From a virus (taxonomy: Duplodnaviria; Heunggongvirae; Uroviricota; Caudoviricetes): 6,296 bases of DNA. Both the position numbers and the translations under genes were made by a program. The stretch lies in the IMG/VR virus record IMGVR_UViG_2529292985_000023; one strand, written 5' to 3'. How positions within the stretch are numbered: the first letter of the stretch is position 1; the number at the start of each line of letters is the position of its first letter. Below, one piece after another: positions 1-6,296 of the stretch. Below the pieces are notes generated by a model. It was not told the DNA's origin, searched no databases, and was given only the letters and a program-made list of their open reading frames with translations.

Positions 1-1
1 A

Positions 2-82
2 TGCCGGGCAACTGCACGCATTATGGGCGTTAGCCTCAACACGATTTTACGTCACTTAAAAAACTCAGGCCGCAGTCGGTAA
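2..82 (+). CDS. insA: IS1 InsA, C-terminal 26 codons only (5' end outside window); stop TAA at 80-82
   Basis: Frame 2 translates to [26 protein letters not shown], matching the InsA C-terminus with one substitution (GVG to GVS). Confidence 0.7.
   Translation, partial: CRATARIMGVSLNTILRHLKNSGRSR
58..64 (+). promoter_or_regulatory. IS1 programmed -1 ribosomal frameshift motif AAAAAAC (A6C) at the insA/insB overlap
   Basis: TTAAAAAACTC is present 16 nt upstream of the insA stop, as in canonical IS1. Confidence 0.7.
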
Positions 83-504
83 CCTCGCGCATACAGCCGG
101 GCAGTGACGTCATCGTCTGCGCGGAAATGGACGAACAGTGGGGATACGTCGGGGCTAAATCGCGCCAGCGCTGGCTGTTTTACGCGTATGACAGGCTCCG
201 GAAGACGGTTGTTGCGCACGTATTCGGTGAACGCACTATGGCGACGCTGGGGCGTCTTATGAGCTTGCTGTCACCCTTTGACGTGGTGATATGGATGACG
301 GATGGCTGGCCACTGTATGAATCCCGCCTGAAGGGAAAGCTGCACGTAATCAGCAAGCGATATACGCAGCGAATTGAGCGGCATAACCTGAATCTGAGGC
401 AGCACCTGGCACGGCTGGGACGGAAGTCGCTGTCGTTCTCAAAATCGGTGGAGCTGCATGACAAAGTCATCGGGCATTATCTGAACATAAAACACTATCA
501 ATAA
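58..504 (+). CDS. insB: IS1 transposase InsB reading frame, normally expressed as the InsAB' fusion by -1 frameshifting; the first in-frame ATG is at 127
   Basis: Track ORF 127-504 ([22 protein letters not shown]...HYLNIKHYQ) is IS1 InsB. The same frame is open from 34 after a TAG at 31-33. Confidence 0.85.
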   Translation, partial: KKLRPQSVTSRIQPGSDVIVCAEMDEQWGYVGAKSRQRWLFYAYDRLRKTVVAHVFGERTMATLGRLMSLLSPFDVVIWMTDGWPLYESRLKGKLHVISKRYTQRIERHNLNLRQHLARLGRKSLSFSKSVELHDKVIGHYLNIKHYQ

Positions 505-558
505 GTTGGAGTCATTACCCCCCGTGATTACATGGCCTGATTTTTCATACTGAAGTGG

Positions 559-1727
<1,169 letters not shown>

Positions 1728-1799
1728 TGGAGCACCTGTGTTGTTCTGAGGTGAGCATATCACCTCTGTTCAGGTGGCCAAATTCAGTGTGCCACTTCA

Positions 1800-2362
1800 G
1801 AACCAGACGTTCGCTCCTACAGCACCAAATCAGGTCTGGGTGGCGGACCTGACGTATGTTGCCACACAGGAGGGATGGTTGTACCTCGCTGGCATCAAAG
1901 ATGTTTATACGTGCGAAATTGTCGGCTACGCCATGGGAGAGCGCATGACAAAAGAGCTGACAGGTAAAGCCCTGTTTATGGCGCTCAGGAGCCAGCGCCC
2001 ACCTGCCGGGCTAATCCACCACTCTGATCGAGGTTCACAGTACTGCGCATACGATTACCGGGTCATACAGGAGCAGTCTGGTCTGAAAACATCAATGTCG
2101 CGTAAAGGTCACTGTTACGACAACGCTCCGATGGAAAGCTTCTGGGGAACGCTGAAAAATGAGAGCCTGAGCCACTATCGTTTTAATAACCGGGATGAAG
2201 CCATCTCAGTAATACGGGAATACATTGAGATTTTCTACAATCGTCAGCGTCGTCACTCTCGTCTGGGGAATATCTCCCCGGCAGCCTTCAGGGAAAAATA
2301 TCATCAGATGGCTGCTTAAAAAAAGAACAAATGGTAGTGTCCGCTATTGCCAGTACACCTCA
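1800..2362 (+). mobile_element. 3' remnant of a second IS3-family element (IS3 group, possibly IS600-like), truncated on its left by the IS911 insertion
   Basis: Contains an OrfB C-terminal half followed by a plausible terminal IR ending ...GGTAGTGTCCGCTATTGCCAGTACACCTCA at 2362. The IS600 attribution is from memory only. Confidence 0.6.
1801..2319 (+). pseudogene. IS3-family transposase OrfB, C-terminal fragment (catalytic domain); the first 9 codons of the track ORF are read out of the IS911 IR
   Basis: Translation ...PNQVWVADLTYVATQEGWLYLAGIKD...HHSDRGSQYCAYDY...SMSRKGHCYDNAPMESFWGTLKNE...[18 protein letters not shown] aligns by eye with IS3 InsF. No orfA or N-terminal part is present. 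Confidence 0.75.
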
Positions 2363-2834
2363 CCGGGTGGCATGGATAAACCCGGAAGAGAGTAAATCAA
2401 ACCGCGCAATTGGCGTTGCGCTGAATGATACTGCATGTCGCGTATTGAAAAAACAAATCGGGAATCATCACCGTTGGGTATTTGTGTATAAGGAAAGCTG
2501 TACCAAACCAGACGGAACGAAAGCGCCAACAGTCAGGAAGATGCGGTATGACGCAAACACAGCCTGGAAAGCGGCGCTGAGACGAGCAGGTATTGATGAT
2601 TTCAGATTTCACGACTTGAGACACACCTGGGCAAGTTGGCTGGTTCAAGCCGGAGTCCCGTTATCAGTGTTACAGGAAATGGGAGGCTGGGAGTCTATCG
2701 AAATGGTTCGTCGATATGCTCACCTCGCACCTAATCACCTTACCGAACACGCACGGCAAATAGACTCGATTCTGAACCCATCGGTCCCAAATTTGTCCCA
2801 GTCAAGAAATAAGGAACGTACTAATGATGTGTAA
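2363..2834 (+). pseudogene. Tyrosine recombinase (phage/P4-like integrase) C-terminal catalytic fragment, N-terminally truncated by the IS3-family insertion
   Basis: Track ORF 2331-2834 carries the box II motif [10 protein letters not shown] and the catalytic tyrosine region [13 protein letters not shown]. Only about 157 codons remain and the upstream Arg box I region is missing. Confidence 0.8.
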
Positions 2835-3062
2835 CTTATTGATTTAAATGGGATAATAGGAGCAATACACATAGGCGATAAGCTTTGTTTTTGTTGCCTT
2901 TTTTATTGTTCATTTTTTATAGATACCCCCAAAAGTACCCCCATATCTTTTTCCGCCCCTGAAATTTGGTTGTTATTCATACAGCATATCAGGCGGTAAC
3001 GCTCTCCCTTTAACCCACTTATTGTATGATAGTGCTATCCCACAATAAGGAATCAGCCAGCC

Positions 3063-3422
3063 ATGAGAATGACCAGTCGCAAAAAAGAGATACTTAGCTA
3101 CTTTGAACCGGATAACCTCGAATGGGTGACTGGTGAGATTGGTGCGCCGCCGTTCGATGTGTCGGGTGTGGCCTACCTGCTTCATGGCATGGTGTCGTTC
3201 GATAAGCGTCACCAGCTCGAATCAACCCGGCGCACACTGGAAAGCATGGTTGCTGGTGGACTGCTTGAGCGGGTGACAGTGTATGAATCGCGCCAGATAC
3301 GGCGCGGCGGTGATACTAACGCAACGGTCGTGCGCTACGGTTTACCCGGTCAGTGCGCTGTTATGCGCGATACTGGCGGCGCTGACAACGCAATATCAGG
3401 TGAATACATGCGGGTCAGTTAA
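3063..3422 (+). CDS. Hypothetical protein, 119 aa, no family recognised
   Basis: ORF with AAGGA 11 nt upstream of the ATG and an in-frame TAG 33 nt upstream; protein-like composition. 3' end overlaps the convergent gene by 8 bp. Confidence 0.5.
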   Translation: MRMTSRKKEILSYFEPDNLEWVTGEIGAPPFDVSGVAYLLHGMVSFDKRHQLESTRRTLESMVAGGLLERVTVYESRQIRRGGDTNATVVRYGLPGQCAVMRDTGGADNAISGEYMRVS

Positions 3423-3957
3423 TAGCCTGCAATCTGTCGTTGATGCGGCTCAGGTCGTAAACCCGGCGTTCAATATCCAGCATCAGGAAATTGTGGATCT
3501 CGGCCTGCTCAGGATTATCAGACTCTCTGGCCTGTAATAGCAATTCATTGTAACCATGCAAGCCGCCTGAGTTTTCCGCCGGGGTGGTGCCTTTCCCACG
3601 CAGGCAGCTAATGGGCTGATTACTCGTATCGTGTGTTTGCTTCTCCAGCACAATGACGCAATCCCACCAGTCGCCAAAGTCATACGTGTAAACCAGCTTG
3701 TCACCCTCATTCTGGAGCGCCGCCCATAGTGGCGTGATTGCCGCGTTACCCATGCTTTCATCCTCACCCCATACGCGATACTCGCTACCTGGATCACCTT
3801 TACGCCCTTTCTCGAACATATACAGGTGTTCGTCATTCCAGCCAAAAGCTAACTGGATCAAGGCATGAAGTTTACTAAAGGGGATTTGCTCTGGAACCAG
3901 CACACGCCGCCATATAGGTGGTTTGCTGTCTCGGATGGTTATCTTTAGCTGGTACAT
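3415..3957 (-). CDS. Plasmid pRiA4b ORF-3 family protein (PF07929-like; the family also annotated as IS1096 passenger TnpR), 180 aa
   Basis: N-terminus MYQLKITIRDSKPPIWRRVLVP...LHALIQLAFGW and the internal YDFGDWWD signature are as I recall for this family. AGGA lies 6 nt upstream of the ATG. Confidence 0.7.
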   Translation of the reverse strand: MYQLKITIRDSKPPIWRRVLVPEQIPFSKLHALIQLAFGWNDEHLYMFEKGRKGDPGSEYRVWGEDESMGNAAITPLWAALQNEGDKLVYTYDFGDWWDCVIVLEKQTHDTSNQPISCLRGKGTTPAENSGGLHGYNELLLQARESDNPEQAEIHNFLMLDIERRVYDLSRINDRLQAIN

Positions 3958-4077
3958 GCAAATCCTGAATAAATGCGAATCGGAAGGATAACGATACTGA
4001 CGTACTCACAATTCTGTAAAGGTGAATAAAGGAAATTTGCTTAATACGCATAAGTTACATGTGGAATAATCCCATAT

Positions 4078-4263
4078 CTACCTGCGCGGCGCTGGCTTCT
4101 TCCACTGGTAGGCAGGTGCTCGCATCATTTCGCGGAACCTGTCGCGCCGGGCTATATCGGCATTAACTGATCGTTCTATCTCCCGTTGATCTGCCTGTGT
4201 AAGCTGGTGGCCTCCGTGCTCAAGTTTGGCGATGGTCAATAAGGCTATTTCGCGTGGTGTCAT
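4078..4263 (-). CDS. Small hypothetical protein, 61 aa, basic C-terminus
   Basis: ORF with GAGGA 8 nt upstream of the ATG; same strand as the PerC-like and pRiA4b ORF-3 genes. No family recognised. Confidence 0.45.
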   Translation of the reverse strand: MTPREIALLTIAKLEHGGHQLTQADQREIERSVNADIARRDRFREMMRAPAYQWKKPAPRR

Positions 4264-4560
4264 ACGTCATATCCTCTGGAAGGATGAAACACGCCCGGAT
4301 TAAATTTCATTTTTCGCGGGTATAAAAAAACGATGGGGCGGGCAGTCCCGGATAGTCAGGGCTGTAGAGATTTGACTACCCCCTCCCCACTGTATTCAGG
4401 TTACTGCTATTCCGTTAAGCGCTGCTTACGGGGATAGCTGCGTTGTGATTTTGACCATTCAGGTCGCCGCTATTTCCTCACCGATTGGGTGCTACGCGCG
4501 CGCGTACTTGTCCCGAAATACCAGAAACCGCCAGCCAGAGGATGATTTCCCTCTGGTGGT

Positions 4561-4842
4561 CTACCTTTGCCTCTTGCCGCCATTTAACCGGAAGGCGTTA
4601 CCGTTCGGTTGCGCTATCCCCATGCGGTGTTGCGTTTCGGTAACAGCTTTATGCAGGTCGCCAAATTCCTCAACCTTCACGGGCGGGCGCTTCACGTTCT
4701 CCAGACACGTTTCACGGCGGCGCTTTATCCATTCCCGATCATCGTCCTCGGAGCATAACAGCATGACTTCCATCCATCGTGCGGCAGCTCTCCGGTATAG
4801 CCCTTTTGACTCCAGCTCTTCAGCTTTCCTGTCCCTTATCAT
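4561..4842 (-). CDS. PerC-family transcriptional activator homologue (PerC/Pch-like), 93 aa
   Basis: Translation MIRDRKAEELESKGLYRRAAARWMEVM...DDDREWIKRRRETCLENV fits the E-LE-GxxRRAAxRW-V...REWI-RR-C pattern I recall for PerC/Pch proteins. GAGAGG lies 6 nt upstream of the ATG. Confidence 0.6.
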   Translation of the reverse strand: MIRDRKAEELESKGLYRRAAARWMEVMLLCSEDDDREWIKRRRETCLENVKRPPVKVEEFGDLHKAVTETQHRMGIAQPNGNAFRLNGGKRQR

Positions 4843-4877
4843 TTCTGCCTCTCAGATTATATAGATAAGCAAAAAGG

Positions 4878-4992
4878 TGTTGGTTCAGTTGGTTCAATTT
4901 GTAAAGATCGTTGTTTTTATTATGTTTTTTTCTAAAATATTGAACCAACATCAACTCATTTTGAACCAACACAGCCCAGCTCTGAACCAACA
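4878..4992. repeat. Array of five copies of the 9-bp motif TGAACCAAC: two tandem inverted copies (GTTGGTTCA at 4879-4887 and 4888-4896) and three direct copies (4941-4949, 4962-4970, 4983-4991) phased at exactly 21 bp, separated by a 44-bp AT-rich spacer
   Basis: Read directly from the sequence; all five 9-mers are perfect matches. The array lies in the divergent intergenic region between the PerC-like gene and the RHH-like gene. Confidence 0.75.
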
Positions 4993-5057
4993 ACACAGCG
5001 ATAGCTTTGTGATTGGTCCGTTATTTTCTGGCTGATATTTGAGCGTATAACAGTGTT

Positions 5058-5076
5058 ATACAGTGGTATACTGTAT
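5058..5076. promoter_or_regulatory. Operator-like palindrome ATACAGT-GGTAT-ACTGTAT (7-5-7), preceded by tandem 10-bp units TATAACAGTG and TTATACAGTG (5046-5065); overlaps a -10-like TATACT at 5067-5072
   Basis: Perfect 7-bp inverted arms read from the sequence, 18 bp upstream of the ATG at 5094 on the plus-strand gene side. Confidence 0.4.
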
Positions 5077-5147
5077 GGATATTACTCACTGATATGGTCT
5101 TTGCAATGAGCAAATCTAATCTGATCGCGTTCCGCATCCCATCTTAA

Positions 5148-5549
5148 TTGCAGGATGAGTTTAATCGGTCTGTTCTCGCTTCTGGAGGGGATAAAACCTC
5201 CTGGCTTGTTGATGCGATTCGCATGAAGCTGGGACAGCCGGAAAAGTCTATTGATTCACGAATGCTTGGGCTGGTGGAGCGCATGGAAAAAGCCGCTGCG
5301 TCGCTTATTGCCGGAAAGCCGAACATCCCACCAAAGCCATATAACGAAACGGCAGTTATAAAGATCATTGCCGATACCATCCAACAGGGATTTGATAATG
5401 GGCGTGTGATAGCTGAACGGATCAATGAAGCAGGCTATCAAACAAAAGCTGGTAAAGCGTGGGATAAAGATATTTACAGCGCGTGGAAGCGTCAGGGAAG
5501 CAATGCTGAAAATTTAAAAGCGGTGATTGATTGTAAGGTCAGCGTATAA
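5148..5549 (+). CDS. Hypothetical protein, 133 aa from a TTG start; probably the downstream part of a ribbon-helix-helix-like regulator whose frame begins at ATG 5094 and is interrupted by TAA at 5145-5147
   Basis: Track ORF; no Shine-Dalgarno before the TTG. The same frame upstream reads MVFAMSKSNLIAFRIPS*, giving a beta-strand/helix/GG-turn/helix layout typical of Arc/CopG-type RHH domains across the stop. Confidence 0.5.
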   Translation: MQDEFNRSVLASGGDKTSWLVDAIRMKLGQPEKSIDSRMLGLVERMEKAAASLIAGKPNIPPKPYNETAVIKIIADTIQQGFDNGRVIAERINEAGYQTKAGKAWDKDIYSAWKRQGSNAENLKAVIDCKVSV

Positions 5550-5640
5550 ACATGAGTGCCCATTGGAAAGTAAGCGTACAGCCTGAACCGTCTGGTCAGA
5601 ATCTGACGAATTAGACAAAGTGGTGTCCACCAAATAAGTA

Positions 5641-6042
5641 GTGGGAACCAAAGTGTCAGATATGCAGAAAAATGTGAATCCCGGCAGGCGAAAAGGCTGC
5701 CCTAATTATCCTCCCGAATTTAAACAGCAGCTCGTTGCTGCCTCCTGTGAACCCGGGATATCCATCTCAAAACTTGCTCTTGAAAATGGCATTAACGCCA
5801 ATCTGTTGTTCAAATGGCGACAACAATGGCGCGAGGGAAAGCTGCTATTACCTTCTTCAGAGAGCCCCCAGCTACTTCCTGTGACTCTCGATGCAGCTGC
5901 CGAACAGCCAGAATCGCTCGCAGAGGATCCGGAAACCCTCAGTATCAGCTGTGAGGTAACGTTCCGGCACGGGACGCTCCGCTTCAATGGCAATGTCAGC
6001 GAAAAGCTCCTGACTCTGCTGATACAGGAACTGAAGCGATGA
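5641..6042 (+). CDS. tnpA: IS66-family accessory protein TnpA (orf1); GTG start at 5641, alternative ATG at 5662
   Basis: Translation ...PEFKQQLVAASCEPGISISKLALENGINANLLFKWRQQWREGKL is characteristic of IS66 orf1 proteins. Confidence 0.85.
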   Translation: MGTKVSDMQKNVNPGRRKGCPNYPPEFKQQLVAASCEPGISISKLALENGINANLLFKWRQQWREGKLLLPSSESPQLLPVTLDAAAEQPESLAEDPETLSISCEVTFRHGTLRFNGNVSEKLLTLLIQELKR

Positions 6043-6296
6043 TCCCGTTACCTTCCGGGACCAAAATTTGGCTGGTTGCCGGTATCACCGATATGAGAAA
6101 TGGCTTCAACGGCCTGGCGGCAAAGGTGCAGACGACGCTGAAAGACGCTCCGATGTCAGGTCACGTTTTTATCTTCCGTGGGCGTAATGGCAGTCAGGTA
6201 AAGCTCCTCTGGTCTACCGGCGATGGACTGTGTCTGCTGACCAAACGGCTGGAGCGCGGCCGCTTCGCCTGGGCCGTCAGCCCGGGATGGCAAAGT
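6039..6296 (+). CDS. tnpB: IS66-family TnpB (orf2), N-terminal 86 codons; 3' end outside the window
   Basis: ATG at 6039 overlaps the tnpA stop (ATGA). My translation MIPLPSGTKIWLVAGITDMRNGFNGLAAKVQ...GRFAWAVSPGWQS matches the IS66 TnpB family; it is absent from the ORF track because no stop falls in the window. Confidence 0.85.
   Translation, partial: MIPLPSGTKIWLVAGITDMRNGFNGLAAKVQTTLKDAPMSGHVFIFRGRNGSQVKLLWSTGDGLCLLTKRLERGRFAWAVSPGWQS

Larger units (their letters stand above)
1..519 (+). mobile_element. IS1 insertion sequence, 3' portion (left part lies outside the window); right terminal inverted repeat ends ...CAATAAGTTGGAGTCATTACC at 519
   Basis: Sequence matches recalled IS1 from the insA 3' end through insB to the right terminus; the InsB translation is near-identical to canonical IS1 InsB. 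Confidence 0.9.
5570..6296 (+). mobile_element. IS66-family insertion sequence, left end (continues beyond the window)
   Basis: Terminus begins GTAAGCG at 5570, followed by tnpA and an ATGA-overlapped tnpB in canonical IS66 order. Confidence 0.8.

Noticed and set aside
2344-2648. Minus-strand ORFs of 61 and 83 aa inside the integrase fragment
   Set aside because: Antisense to the clear tyrosine-recombinase frame; Cys/Trp-rich, unprotein-like translations.
2973-3212. 79-aa minus-strand ORF overlapping the start of the 119-aa gene
   Set aside because: Overlaps the better-supported plus-strand gene and its ribosome-binding site, with no family resemblance.
3483-3845. 120-aa minus-strand ORF in an alternative frame of the pRiA4b ORF-3 gene
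   Set aside because: Same strand but a different frame from a gene with a recognisable conserved N-terminus; the Arg/Ser/Cys-rich product looks like a frame artefact.
3987-4012. Resemblance to lac operator half-sites (GGATAAC ... CTCACAATT)
   Set aside because: The half-sites are separated by the wrong spacing and do not form the 21-bp pseudo-palindrome; most likely coincidence.
4445-4864. 139-aa plus-strand ORF spanning the gap and the PerC-like gene
   Set aside because: Low-complexity Ser/Arg/Cys-rich translation, antisense to the PerC-like gene, and it would run through that gene's promoter region.
4878-4992. TGAACCAAC repeats as DnaA boxes
   Set aside because: The motif does not match the TTATCCACA consensus. 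An origin function is still possible but would not be DnaA-box based.
5046-5092. Possible LexA (SOS) box in the TATACAGTG / TACTGTAT repeats
   Set aside because: The half-sites are in the wrong order and spacing for the CTGT-N8-ACAG consensus; here it is ACAG-N7-CTGT. It is better treated as a distinct palindrome.
5144-5441. Minus-strand ORFs of 93 and 61 aa opposite the RHH-like gene
   Set aside because: Antisense shadow ORFs without start context or family resemblance.
5706-5993. 95-aa minus-strand ORF inside IS66 tnpA
   Set aside because: Antisense to a confidently identified IS66 orf1.

Overview
Mosaic accessory locus, probably Escherichia/Shigella: two IS-rich ends flanking a ~2.7 kb cargo module of small genes. 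All family calls come from reading the translations and recalled IS sequences; no database search was run. Left end (1-2362) is an IS pile-up: the 3' 519 bp of IS1 (insA tail, insB frame, A6C frameshift motif), a complete IS911 on the minus strand (551-1799), and the 3' remnant of a second IS3-family element (1800-2362, possibly IS600-like). That remnant truncates a tyrosine integrase gene, leaving only the catalytic C-terminus (2363-2834). The cargo module (2835-5569) holds a 119-aa hypothetical (+), a pRiA4b ORF-3 family protein (-), a 61-aa basic protein (-) and a PerC-family regulator homologue (-). The candidate novel element is the AT-rich divergent control region 4843-5093: five copies of a 9-bp motif TGAACCAAC (three phased at exactly 21 bp, two inverted in tandem) plus a 7-5-7 palindrome over a -10-like hexamer. 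To its right is a ribbon-helix-helix-like regulator gene interrupted by an in-frame TAA. Right end (5570-6296) is the left end of an IS66-family element (tnpA and the start of tnpB). No rRNA, tRNA or CRISPR array was seen.
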